A stretch of DNA of 64,000 bases. Origin: Candidatus Ozemobacteraceae bacterium. Lineage in GTDB: Bacteria > Muiribacteriota > Ozemobacteria > Ozemobacterales > Ozemobacteraceae. Below the pieces are notes generated by a model. It did not search any database. It was given only the letters and a program-made list of their open reading frames with translations, and was not told the origin of the DNA. The position numbers and the translations under genes were made by a program. Of the stretch, positions 1 through 9,723 are shown one piece after another; position 1 is the stretch's first letter; every line of letters begins with the position of its first letter. The stretch is taken from assembly GCA_965140445.1 (NCBI GenBank), contig OZ223236.1:4320001-4384000 (forward strand), given 5' to 3'.

Positions 1-732
1 GAAAAACACTTTATCCATAAGATCTTTGGCTTGATACACATCGTATTTTTCTCTTACTTCCGCAATATCATCCTTGAGATCGAATTCTATTTTTTTGCCC
101 ATTTTTCTAGGGTCTTCGCCCTCAATTTCAATTATCTCCGCCTCTTCAAAATCAAACTGTTCCTGAACAATCTTGTAGAAATCATGAACCTCATTGATAA
201 GTTTTGGCTGAGGTCTTCTAAACTCTTCGCTGCCTTTGCGGAAATAAATCTCAAGACCATGGGTTTCAAAAGATTCAACTTTTCTTACATTTGGGAAAAT
301 TCCCATTGGTAAAAAGCCAAGATGCTCTAACACGACCTGAGGGGCAAAGCTTACCGTTCTGGTGGTAGCATATATGACATCACAAGTTCTGGTTTTCTTG
401 GTAAGCATAATTAAACTATGTTTAACCATGGTCCGCATAACATCCTGACCACGCATTTCTCCAAGAACTGCTGCAGCATAGGACTTCCCTATTTTATTAA
501 CAGGGTCAATTGCGAAAATAACCGAACCAACAACTCTGCCATCTAATCTGGCCAGCGTCCAAAAATAGGTCGGATCATCAGTTTTCTTTTTTATGGTTTC
601 CGGATCAGCAACTTCAGGAAGAGTATACTTTCCGCGATAAACTTTTATGTATAAATCAATTATCGCGTCTACATCATCTGGAGTTGCTGGAGAAAACGTA
701 ACCTCTCTGCCATCCTGCAGGATAAGCTGCAT
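1..732 (-). CDS. GNAT-family acetyltransferase domain protein (3' end runs off window; absent from ORF track)
   Basis: Manual translation from ATG at 732 (GAAAGGGG SD upstream): MQLILQDGREVTFSPATPDDVDAIIDLY...LARLDGRVVGSV...AAVLGEMRGQDVMRTM...EHLGF. GNAT-like motif pattern; frame open to position 1. Confidence 0.7.
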   Translation of the reverse strand, partial: MQLILQDGREVTFSPATPDDVDAIIDLYIKVYRGKYTLPEVADPETIKKKTDDPTYFWTLARLDGRVVGSVIFAIDPVNKIGKSYAAAVLGEMRGQDVMRTMVKHSLIMLTKKTRTCDVIYATTRTVSFAPQVVLEHLGFLPMGIFPNVRKVESFETHGLEIYFRKGSEEFRRPQPKLINEVHDFYKIVQEQFDFEEAEIIEIEGEDPRKMGKKIEFDLKDDIAEVREKYDVYQAKDLMDKVFF

Positions 733-902
733 TAAAACTTCCCCTTTCAAGGTATTTACCTCAGTTCCCTGCGAGAGAAGTATACCCTCCATCATTATTC
801 TAAGTCAAGGGCACGCCGTGGATGAAGATTTATGACTTAAACCTGACTATAAGTTGGAAATAAATGCTGTTAAAAGAATTTTACATTTTTTTTCAGAACC
901 CC

Positions 903-931
903 TTGTACTGAAAAATTTGTTGTGCTATTCT
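903..931 (+). promoter_or_regulatory. sigma70-type promoter for the xerC-hslVU-fla operon
   Basis: TTGTAC(903-908)-17 nt-TATTCT(926-931) with a TG extension. Confidence 0.5.
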
Positions 932-975
932 TGCCACGTCCCCAAAACAAAAATCGTTGCGTCAGGTGGTTCTGT

Positions 976-1905
976 TTGACTTTTAGCGAATTAATTTCAA
1001 GATTTTTAGAGATGATAGAGAAAGAACGCACTCTATCCTCTAACACCGTGCGCGCATACAAAAACGACCTTGAGAAATTTAATAACTGGTTTTTTGAAAC
1101 CTTTAAAACCTCAAGTTTAAACGAGATGGAAAACCTTACTTTAAGCCAACTCAGAAGTTTTTGGGCCGAGCAAAGAAAAAATGGTTTATCCCACCAGAGT
1201 ATGCGTCGTGCACAATCATCTCTACGTGGAATTTTCAAATACGCGAAAAAACATGATTTAGTAAACAGAAACCCTGTTGAAAGCATGGAGTCTCCAAGAC
1301 GACAACGCCCCCTTCCTAAAGCGCTTGAAAAAGAAGAGCTTCTGGCCTTGCTACACTCACCATCCTCCGAAACACTTCTCGGAAAACGGGACCTGGCAAT
1401 CCTGGAATTACTCTATGGTAGTGGATTACGTGTCTCTGAGCTTGCTGACATTACATTTGATCAAGTTTCATTTTCCACTCAGACAGCAAGAATTCTTGGA
1501 AAAGGTAGAAAAGAAAGAATAGTTCCTTTAACGCCCTCTTCATGTTCAGCCCTGCAAGGCTACATTAGTTTTAGAAATGCACAGCAACCCGAGGGCAAAA
1601 ACGTGCCAAACATCTTTTTAAACAGATATGGAACGGCTCTAACCACCAGAAGCATTGCACGCTTGATAGACAAACACACCAGACAAATGGCTTTAATGAA
1701 GAATATAACTCCTCATCAGCTAAGACATAGTTTTGCAACCCATTTACTGGATGGTGGCGCAGATATTCGAGCTGTTCAGGAGATGCTTGGTCACGAAAAT
1801 TTATCGACCACACAAATATACACTCATATCAGCAAGGAAAAATTGCTAAAAACCTATAAAAACACTCACCCAAGATCAGGTCAGGAGAAAAAGAATGACA
1901 TTTAA
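976..1905 (+). CDS. xerC: Tyrosine recombinase XerC/XerD family (CodV-like)
   Basis: LLYGSGLRVSEL, GKGRKER, HQLRHSFATH and LGHENLSTTQIY catalytic motifs. Likely start is TTG 976 after AGGTGG (ORF track start 922). Confidence 0.9.
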   Translation: MTFSELISRFLEMIEKERTLSSNTVRAYKNDLEKFNNWFFETFKTSSLNEMENLTLSQLRSFWAEQRKNGLSHQSMRRAQSSLRGIFKYAKKHDLVNRNPVESMESPRRQRPLPKALEKEELLALLHSPSSETLLGKRDLAILELLYGSGLRVSELADITFDQVSFSTQTARILGKGRKERIVPLTPSSCSALQGYISFRNAQQPEGKNVPNIFLNRYGTALTTRSIARLIDKHTRQMALMKNITPHQLRHSFATHLLDGGADIRAVQEMLGHENLSTTQIYTHISKEKLLKTYKNTHPRSGQEKKNDI

Positions 1906-2431
1906 AGGAACAACAATAATTGCCGTTCTCAAAGATGGCTGCCTGGCTTTTGGAGGAGACGGTCAAGTAACTCTGGGTGATCGCGTTATTAAAGCAAAAG
2001 CAAAAAAAATCAGAAGTTTTTATAACGGAAAAGTTCTGGGAGGTTTTGCTGGTCAAACCGCAGACGCGTTTACTCTTTTTGAAAGATTTGAATCAAAACT
2101 TGAAGCGGCCTCCGGGAACCTTACAAAAGCGGCCGTAGATCTTGCTAAAGATTGGCGAATGGACAAGGCCCTCAGACGTCTTGAAGCCATGCTGATTGTC
2201 GGAAACACCGATAAAATATTACTTCTCTCCGGACAAGGCGACGTTCTCGAACCTGATGACCAAATAGCTTCGATTGGCTCAGGATCAGCAATGGCTTTTT
2301 CCGCAGCAAAAGCACTCCTTACGCATACGGATTTCAACCCGGAAAAAGTGGTTACTGAAAGCCTTAAAATTGCTGCTGAACAATGCATATATACTAACTC
2401 GGAAATTACAGTGGAGACGCTGAACAAATGA
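1895..2431 (+). CDS. hslV: ATP-dependent protease peptidase subunit HslV
   Basis: N-terminal Thr motif G|TTI, GDGQVTLG, IGSGS. Confidence 0.97.
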   Translation: MTFKGTTIIAVLKDGCLAFGGDGQVTLGDRVIKAKAKKIRSFYNGKVLGGFAGQTADAFTLFERFESKLEAASGNLTKAAVDLAKDWRMDKALRRLEAMLIVGNTDKILLLSGQGDVLEPDDQIASIGSGSAMAFSAAKALLTHTDFNPEKVVTESLKIAAEQCIYTNSEITVETLNK

Positions 2432-3853
2432 CAGAAAAAGTAATAATACTTCCAAAAGGAGAACTTACTCCCCAGGAAACAGTTGCAGAACTTGATAAGT
2501 ATATAATTGGCCAGAATAAAGCCAAGCGTGCTGTTGCTATTGCTTTGAGGAACAGGTATCGTCGTCGTTATGTTAAGCAGGAAATGCGCGAAGATATAAG
2601 ACCAAAAAACCTTTTGTTGATTGGACCTACTGGTGTTGGAAAAACTGAAATTGCCAGACGCCTTTCAAAAATTGCTCGCCTCCCCTTCGTTAAAGTTGAA
2701 GCTACCAAATTTACGGAAGTTGGTTATATGGGACGCGATGTTGATTCAATGGTCAGAGATTTAGTTGAAGTCAGCATAGGAATATTAAAAAAACAAAAGA
2801 TGGAAGAGCATGCTCCAAAAGCCAGAGCCAAAGCGTATGATCGCATCCTCGACATCCTTCTTCCAGAATCAAGATCACACCATCCTTTAAGCGGTTTTGA
2901 AAAAAAGTTAAATGAATCGAAAGAAATGTCGATAGATAGTGAAGAGAATAAAAATATTTCAAATACAAGAGAAGAACTCTTGGCCGAATTAAAATCCGGC
3001 AAGCTTAATGAAAAGGAGGTCGAAATCGAAGTGAACGAATCAGTAACACCAGTAGTAGAAGTAGTTTCCACTCAGGGCGGATTCGAAGAAATGGGTTTCA
3101 ACTTCCAGGGAATTCAGAGCATGCTCGGCAATATGTTTCCACCAAAACACAAACAGCGCAAAGCAAAAATTTCAGAAGCAATGGAAATTTTCTATCAGGA
3201 AGAAATTTCCAATCTCCTCGATCATGACGACTTACAGAAAGAAGCTTTAACCCTTGCCCAGGAAAACGGAATCATCTTTCTTGATGAAATCGACAAAATA
3301 GCTTCTTCATTTGTAGGAAAAAGTGGCCCGGATGTATCCAGAGAAGGCGTTCAGCGAGATCTTCTTCCACTGGTAGAAGGAACAACAATTATGACAAAAT
3401 ATGGAATGGTAAAAAACAGACCATATTTTGTTTTTTGCCGCTGGTGCTTTTAATGTAAGCAAACCATCAGATCTCATTCCTGAACTTCAAGGTCGCTTCC
3501 CTGTAAGAGTTGAATTTGAAAAACTTGGCGCCGATGAATTCGAAAGAATTCTTAAAGAGCCAAATACTGCACTCACTAAACAATATGAAGCTCTTCTTCA
3601 GGTTGATGATGTAAACATAGAATTTACAGATGAAGCCATTAAAAGAATTGCGCATTACGCCTGTGAAGCCAATGACACACAAGAAAACATTGGAGCAAGA
3701 AGATTGCACACCATCATGGAACATTTAATGGAAGAAGTTTCATTTGATGCTCCAGCAAATATAAATGGCCACTATTCAGTAGATGGAGCCAAAGTTGACG
3801 AAATCATGACACCTCTGATGAAAGATCAGAACCTTGCCAGATTCATCTTATAA
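2428..3853 (+). CDS. hslU: HslU ATPase, split by a +1 frameshift (A6 at 3411-3416)
   Basis: ORF 2428-3453 (GPTGVGKTE, FLDEIDK, VQRDLLP) plus ORF 3428-3853 (PELQGRFP, NIGARRL, ends ARFIL). Removing one A restores KYGMVKTDHILFFAAGAF; span 1426 nt = 3n+1. Confidence 0.95.
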
Positions 3854-3885
3854 TAATCGATTGAAAATAGAAGGAGAGCACAAAT

Positions 3886-4308
3886 ATGTTTGAAAGATTA
3901 ACCGGAACCTCAACTTTCAACCTGCTTTCAAAAGGTCTTGACGTTGCATCCAAAAGACACAAAGTAATTTCAAATAACATTGCAAACGTTAACACCCCAA
4001 AATTCAAACGTCAGATTGTTACATTTGAAGATGAAATGGCAAAAGTTTTCGATGGCAAAGTGGATCTCGTTGGAAAAAGACTTGAAAACAAACACATTCC
4101 AATAGGCGAAGTAAACTACATGGATGTAAATCCCACAACCATCACAGACAGAATGCACATAATGAAAAACGACAAAAACAACGTGGACATCGATGTTGAA
4201 ATGAGTGATCTGGCGAAAAACACTATGACCTACCAGATTAACGCGAAACGTCTTTCAGCAATGTTTTCTGAGCTTAATGATATCATCGTGAGAGGAGCTA
4301 AAGCATAA
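3886..4308 (+). CDS. flgB: Flagellar basal-body rod protein FlgB
   Basis: ISNNIANVNTP, NNVDID-E motifs; AGGAG SD. Confidence 0.95.
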   Translation: MFERLTGTSTFNLLSKGLDVASKRHKVISNNIANVNTPKFKRQIVTFEDEMAKVFDGKVDLVGKRLENKHIPIGEVNYMDVNPTTITDRMHIMKNDKNNVDIDVEMSDLAKNTMTYQINAKRLSAMFSELNDIIVRGAKA

Positions 4309-4751
4309 TGGGCATGTTTCGAGCAATTGACACTTCAGCTTCTGGTCTTACCGCAGAACGCCTTAGAATGGATGTTATTTCAAATAACATCGCAAACGTA
4401 AACTCTACAAGAACAGAGTCTGGCGAACCGTTCAGAAGAAAAATGGTTATCTTTCAGGCAAGAAGACCTGGTAGCAGACTACCTCTTATGGACAGAGTTA
4501 AGCCAAATGTTCCTGGCACCGGTGTAAGAGTTCAAAAAATCATGGAAGATATGGCTCCTTTCAAAATGGAATACGATCCAAATCATCCGGATGCAGATGG
4601 TGAAGGATACGTAAGAAGACCAAACATCAACATCGTTCATGAAATGGTTGATATGATTACGGCAACAAGGGCTTACGAAGCAAATGTAACCAGCATCAAC
4701 TCAGCTAAAGATATGATAAGCGCCGCTTTAAATATCGGAGGGAGATCTTAA
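4308..4751 (+). CDS. flgC: Flagellar basal-body rod protein FlgC
   Basis: SASGLTAERLRMDVISNNIAN, YDPNHPDAD, RAYEANV. Confidence 0.97.
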   Translation: MGMFRAIDTSASGLTAERLRMDVISNNIANVNSTRTESGEPFRRKMVIFQARRPGSRLPLMDRVKPNVPGTGVRVQKIMEDMAPFKMEYDPNHPDADGEGYVRRPNINIVHEMVDMITATRAYEANVTSINSAKDMISAALNIGGRS

Positions 4752-4757
4752 TAGGTT

Positions 4758-5057
4758 ATGAGAATTCTTGATAAAAGTCCTTTCATGCAGGTGCAAACTG
4801 GTCCAGATAAAATTAGAACAAATTCAAAGGACCAGTGGAAAATGTTTTTAGATGGACTTCAAACATCTATCGGAGAAGTTGATGCGTTGGGAAAAGAATC
4901 AGAAAAACTCACACAGGACGCCGTTCTTGGAAGAGTAGACAATCTTCATGACGTAATGATTGCAGCTGAAAAAGCAAAGACCGCAATGAATCTAACACTG
5001 GAAGTTAGAGGAAAAGCTCTGGAAGCATACAAAGAAATTATGAGAATGAATTTTTAG
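4758..5057 (+). CDS. fliE: Flagellar hook-basal body protein FliE
   Basis: LHDVMIAAEKA...EVRGKALEAYKEIMRM; gene position. Confidence 0.93.
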   Translation: MRILDKSPFMQVQTGPDKIRTNSKDQWKMFLDGLQTSIGEVDALGKESEKLTQDAVLGRVDNLHDVMIAAEKAKTAMNLTLEVRGKALEAYKEIMRMNF

Positions 5058-5164
5058 TCTTTACAGATTAAAATAACCGTACTATAAATAATCAATACAA
5101 TTTAAACTCTAAAATTGTGCAAAAAAAATAAACAGGCACAATAGGGAGTAGGGAGTAGCAAGCG

Positions 5165-7063
5165 ATGACGGAGTTTCTTCGGCAACTTTGGGAACCAATT
5201 CAAAAGTTGCCCAGAAGCCAGCGAATAGGCCTTTTGGTCATAGTCGTTTTGGTTGTTCTGGGAATTATATCTGCCTCAATGTGGGGCACAACAAAAGATT
5301 TTATACCGCTCTTTGAAGAACAATTAAAACTGGAAGATGCTGGCAGTGTTGTAGCAAAGCTACAGGAGCTTGGTGTTGAGTATAAACTCGGCAAGGACAG
5401 CACTGATATACGAGTTCCTCTGACAGACAAATCGTTTATCCTACTCCAACTTGCCCAGGAAAAATCCCTACCCCAGGTGCGCCCTGGTTGGCAGAAACTA
5501 ATTGATGAAAGATCTATCTTCTCCGGCACCACACAACAGGAATTTGACCTTAACTACGTAAGGGGTCTGGCCGCCGAATTGGAAGATTCATTAGTTAGAA
5601 TGGGTCCAATAGAAGATGCTAACGTAAACATTGTTAAACCCAAAAAAGAAGTATTCAAGGAAGACCAGAAAGAGCCAACTGCAAGCGTATTGCTGAAGCT
5701 TAAAGATGGCGCTGAAATTAATAAAGAACAAATCAGAGCGATCAGAGACTGGGTGTGCACAGCGGTAGAAGGTCTTAAACCGGAGAACGTCAGAATCGCC
5801 GATACAGATGCCAGAGATTTAACCAGAGCTATTAGCGACGATGAAGCAATGGACCTGGATAAAATTGAATCCGCACAGTTAAAGTTCACAAATCTCAGAG
5901 AAAAGAAGCTCAAAAACGATCTCCAAAGTCAGCTCGAAGAAATGTTCGGCTATGGCAAAGCAGTAGTTCGCGTAAGACTGGACATGGACTTTGACGAAAA
6001 AGAAGCTGTCAGTGATGTAATTATACCTCCAGTTGAAGGTAGCGACAAAGGCGTATTGATTTCAACAAAAGTTGAATCTGAAGCCTACAAGGGAAAAGAT
6101 CTCGTTGAAGACGGAGAGCCCGGAGTAAACTCCAACCTTCCTCCTGGAGCACCAGCATATCCAGGAACAGAAGGAAATACATACAACGAGTATAAAAGAG
6201 ATGCCAAAATTGAAAACCTTGACTACACAAGGTCAAAAGAAAAATTTAGAAAAGATCAGGGCACAATTAAACGCCTTACCGTTTCAGTTGTGCTCGACGG
6301 AGATCCAGAACAGCTCGGAAAAATGGAAGATTCCATTTCTGAGATCGCCAAGAATACTGTAGGGTATGATAAGAAACGAGGGGACAAGCTTTCTCTCATG
6401 GTTATGCCCTTTAAAAATGAAGACGTTGAACGTGCCAGAGCTGCGTTTGACCTGAAGAAACAGCAGGAGAAACAAATGTTCATGATCGTTGTTGGTTTGC
6501 TGATGTCTTTCCCGGTTTTCCTGGGAATGATTTACATCTTCGTGAGAGTTTCACGTGCTAGAGCACTGGCTCGCGAACAGGCAAGACTGCAGGAAGCTGC
6601 AGCTGAAGCCGAAGCCATCAGAATGGCTAGAGAAAACCAGATGAGACGTCAATCTGAACAGCAATGGCGTGATTGGGAAAGAAGATTTAAGGATATTAAA
6701 AACTTCTTCCCGGAAATCACAGATATGGATGAGAAAAAACGAAAGGTTCAGGATCTTCGTCACAGTGCTTATCTTTATGCCAGAGACAACGATAACTTAC
6801 CACCAGATTTCGAAGAAATGACTCCAGAAGAACAGTTTATTTATCGTGAAGCCTTCAAGAAGAAAGAAGAAGGAACCCTTCTCGATGGCCTTGAAAGAAT
6901 TGAAGCTATTATTCAGGAACGCGACAAAGCCAGAGAAGAAGAACTTGAACATCTTCAGACTCTTGCAGAAGCTCGTGACGACCTTGAAGCTCGCGTTAGA
7001 CATCTTGTTGAGACTAAACCAGACGATGCTATTCAGGTATTGCGCCTGTGGCTAAGCGATTAA
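5165..7063 (+). CDS. fliF: Flagellar MS-ring protein FliF (long C-terminal cytoplasmic region)
   Basis: Two TM helices, PTASVLL, AVEGLKPENV, IKRLTVSVV, RGDKL, terminal PDDAIQVLRLWL. Confidence 0.93.
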   Translation: MTEFLRQLWEPIQKLPRSQRIGLLVIVVLVVLGIISASMWGTTKDFIPLFEEQLKLEDAGSVVAKLQELGVEYKLGKDSTDIRVPLTDKSFILLQLAQEKSLPQVRPGWQKLIDERSIFSGTTQQEFDLNYVRGLAAELEDSLVRMGPIEDANVNIVKPKKEVFKEDQKEPTASVLLKLKDGAEINKEQIRAIRDWVCTAVEGLKPENVRIADTDARDLTRAISDDEAMDLDKIESAQLKFTNLREKKLKNDLQSQLEEMFGYGKAVVRVRLDMDFDEKEAVSDVIIPPVEGSDKGVLISTKVESEAYKGKDLVEDGEPGVNSNLPPGAPAYPGTEGNTYNEYKRDAKIENLDYTRSKEKFRKDQGTIKRLTVSVVLDGDPEQLGKMEDSISEIAKNTVGYDKKRGDKLSLMVMPFKNEDVERARAAFDLKKQQEKQMFMIVVGLLMSFPVFLGMIYIFVRVSRARALAREQARLQEAAAEAEAIRMARENQMRRQSEQQWRDWERRFKDIKNFFPEITDMDEKKRKVQDLRHSAYLYARDNDNLPPDFEEMTPEEQFIYREAFKKKEEGTLLDGLERIEAIIQERDKAREEELEHLQTLAEARDDLEARVRHLVETKPDDAIQVLRLWLSD

Positions 7064-7075
7064 TGGAGAGCATTT

Positions 7076-8146
7076 ATGGCCGATGAACTTTTACCACCTA
7101 AAAAGGAACTTACAGGAAGCGCAAAGATACTTGAAAAGCTCCCACCGCTAACGATTTCCGGCAAATCAAAAGCTGCAATTCTACTGATCTTTCTTGGTCC
7201 AGAAACCAGTGGTGTAATCCTCCAATCCTTAACTGACTCAGAAATTGAATCCTTAACGATTGAAATCGCCAAGCATAGAAAGATTTCAACCGAGCAAAAG
7301 CTCGCCGTATTGTTTGAATTTGAACAGCTAATGATGGCACGCGAATTCTATGCTGAAGGTGGCCTGGAGTATGCTAAACAGCTTCTTGAAAAAACCATTG
7401 GCCCGGGTAAAGCCCTTGAAATTCTTGCAAGAATGGGTACCTCACTTGCTGTTCAACCATTTGAAGCAGCAAGAACAGCTGATCCAACTCAGCTGGCAAC
7501 TTTAATCCAAAACGAGCATCCACAAACGGTTGCTCTTATTCTTGCGTACCTTCAGCCAGATAAGGCTGCGGTAATCCTTCAATCCATGACCCCTGACACC
7601 CAGGTTGAAATTGCGAAACGACTCGCTCTAATGGATAGAACAAGTCCTGAAATTACCAGAGAAATTGAAAACTACCTGGAAGAAAAGCTGTCTTCGATTA
7701 TTGGTCAGGATCTAACCAGCGTCGGTGGTATCGACTCTTTGATTGGCGTCTTGAACGCAGTAGAAAGAGCGACAGAAAAGAATATCATCGAAACCATGGA
7801 AGTTCAGGAACCAAGTCTGGCAGAAGAAGTCAAGAAACGACTCTTCGTTTTCGAAGATGTTGTTCTTATCGACGACAGAAGCTTACAGCGCTTGATGAAA
7901 GAAGTGGATATGAAAGACCTTTCGATATCACTCAAGGGCGTTACAGACGAAGTCAAAGAAAAGTTCTACAAAAACATGTCCAAACGTGCAGCAGAAATGC
8001 TCAAAGAAGACATGGCTTACATGGGCCCAGTCCGCATCAGAGACGTGGATCAGGCACAACAAAGAATCGTGGCAATTGTAAAACGACTCGAAGCAAGAGG
8101 CGAAATCGTCATTGCAAGACCGGGCGAGGAGGAACTAGTTGGCTAG
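7076..8146 (+). CDS. fliG: Flagellar motor switch protein FliG
   Basis: KAAILL, GGLEYA, EHPQTVALILAYL, LFVFED, NMSKRAAEMLKED, GPVR. Confidence 0.97.
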   Translation: MADELLPPKKELTGSAKILEKLPPLTISGKSKAAILLIFLGPETSGVILQSLTDSEIESLTIEIAKHRKISTEQKLAVLFEFEQLMMAREFYAEGGLEYAKQLLEKTIGPGKALEILARMGTSLAVQPFEAARTADPTQLATLIQNEHPQTVALILAYLQPDKAAVILQSMTPDTQVEIAKRLALMDRTSPEITREIENYLEEKLSSIIGQDLTSVGGIDSLIGVLNAVERATEKNIIETMEVQEPSLAEEVKKRLFVFEDVVLIDDRSLQRLMKEVDMKDLSISLKGVTDEVKEKFYKNMSKRAAEMLKEDMAYMGPVRIRDVDQAQQRIVAIVKRLEARGEIVIARPGEEELVG

Positions 8147-8582
8147 TTATAATACAGGAAAAACTGGGGTTGAAATCCTTGCAAATATTCTTAAACATTG
8201 CGATTCAAAAACAAACCGCAATATTATTAGTGGGCTTCAGAAAGATCTTCCTGACATTGCTCAGGAACTGAGAAAAAGAATCCTCACGTTTGACGATCTT
8301 GCATACGGAGATTCCAGAGGTATTCAAAAGCTTATCAAGCTTATCAGTATCAAAGATCTTGCGGTTTCTTTAAAGGGCGCTTCAGAAAGAGTCTTAAAGA
8401 ATCTTGCGGAAAATATGTCCCAGAGATCTTTAAGAGACCTGCGGGAAGAAATTTCCTTAATTGGCAGAGCCACTGAAGCTGATGCAGAATTGGCACGCGA
8501 AAGAATCATGCTCGTGGTTTCAGACTTGATAAAAAACCGCGAACTCTTTATAAACAGACCTGGTGATGACCTGGTCTATTAA
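8139..8582 (+). CDS. Stand-alone FliG C-terminal-domain paralogue
   Basis: RKRILTFDDL, LAVSLKGAS and ENMSQRS align with the FliG C-domain. TTG start overlaps the fliG end, with GAGGAGG upstream. Confidence 0.8.
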   Translation: MASYNTGKTGVEILANILKHCDSKTNRNIISGLQKDLPDIAQELRKRILTFDDLAYGDSRGIQKLIKLISIKDLAVSLKGASERVLKNLAENMSQRSLRDLREEISLIGRATEADAELARERIMLVVSDLIKNRELFINRPGDDLVY

Positions 8583-8592
8583 GGATTGGTAA

Positions 8593-9723
8593 ATGGCAAA
8601 GATCTTCAAAGCGCATCAAATTCAGATCGATTCTGATAAAAAAGTTTTTGTTCCGCATAATCAGATTATGCCAAAACCTGAAGAAAAAATAGACCAGGAA
8701 GAAGCTCAATTCGTTGATTCGGTCTTTCGGGAGCTTTCTCCTGAGCATTTAGCTGGTTCCGGTGAAAAAATGGTTACCGAAAAAAAGGAAGCCAATTCTG
8801 AACCAGAAAATTCAGAACCAGAACAAACCGAAAACGCAATCAAGGATACTCAGCCAAGACCAGGCAGCTACGCATCACTGAGCCCTGCTGCAAGAAAATC
8901 CAGGCACATGGCCGCCCTGGACACTCTTAAAATAAAAGAGCTGGAGCTGGAAGCACTCGAAGAGGAATTGCGAAATTGGGAATCTGAATTACGCGAAAAA
9001 GAATCTGCCTTTAATTTAAAAGAGCAGGAATTCCTGCAAACTATGCAAGCCAAACGGAATGAGGTTGATGAAGAAAGTAAACGCATCATTCAAATGGCAA
9101 GAAGCAGTTCAGAATCATTAACTTCATCTGCAAAAGCAGAAGCGGAATCAATAAAAAAAGCCGCTCAAATAGAAGTTGAAGACGTCAGACAAAAAGCTTA
9201 CAAAGAAGGCTTTGCCCTCGGTGAAGAAAAAGGAATTAGCGCTGGTGAAGAACAGGGATTACATGAAGCCCGAATAGATTGGCAAAACCTGATGAAAGAA
9301 TCAGAAATGCTCATTAATGAATTACAGACCAGTCGCATGGGCGTTCTTAAATCCTCAGAAGAAGAAATGGTTCGCCTGATTATAGCCTTTGCCAGATCTG
9401 TTATTAAGGTTGAGCCTCAGATTCAGCCTGATATTGTGTTAAAAAATATTGATGCAGCGATAAACAAAGTCTCAGATGTAGATAAGATAGTTATGCGCAT
9501 AAACATCAAGGATAAAGCTATGTGCCAGGCACACAAAGATATGTTTATGCAGAAGCTTAGCACTGTTACAGAACTTCAGATTATTGAAGATTCCAGCTTG
9601 TCTCCTGGTGGAATAAAAATTGAAACCGGAGTGGGAACTATTGATGCCACAATCGAAAGTCAGGCAAAAGAGCTGGAAACCGCTCTACTTGAGAAATTTC
9701 GTAGATCTCAGGCGCAGCTATGA
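8593..9723 (+). CDS. fliH: Flagellar assembly protein FliH (extended N-terminus)
   Basis: AYKEGFALGEEKGISAGEEQG (AxxxG/GxxxG repeats), GGIKIETGVGTIDATIESQ. Confidence 0.9.
   Translation: MAKIFKAHQIQIDSDKKVFVPHNQIMPKPEEKIDQEEAQFVDSVFRELSPEHLAGSGEKMVTEKKEANSEPENSEPEQTENAIKDTQPRPGSYASLSPAARKSRHMAALDTLKIKELELEALEEELRNWESELREKESAFNLKEQEFLQTMQAKRNEVDEESKRIIQMARSSSESLTSSAKAEAESIKKAAQIEVEDVRQKAYKEGFALGEEKGISAGEEQGLHEARIDWQNLMKESEMLINELQTSRMGVLKSSEEEMVRLIIAFARSVIKVEPQIQPDIVLKNIDAAINKVSDVDKIVMRINIKDKAMCQAHKDMFMQKLSTVTELQIIEDSSLSPGGIKIETGVGTIDATIESQAKELETALLEKFRRSQAQL

Noticed and set aside
31..1286. ORF-track entries 31-312, 647-835 and 870-1286, and similar short antisense or overlapping ORFs throughout
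   Set aside because: Shadows of well-supported genes on the other strand or frame, with no recognisable motifs
976..1905. Integron integrase or phage integrase
   Set aside because: Size, motifs and hslVU context fit housekeeping XerC; no IntI-specific insertion is seen
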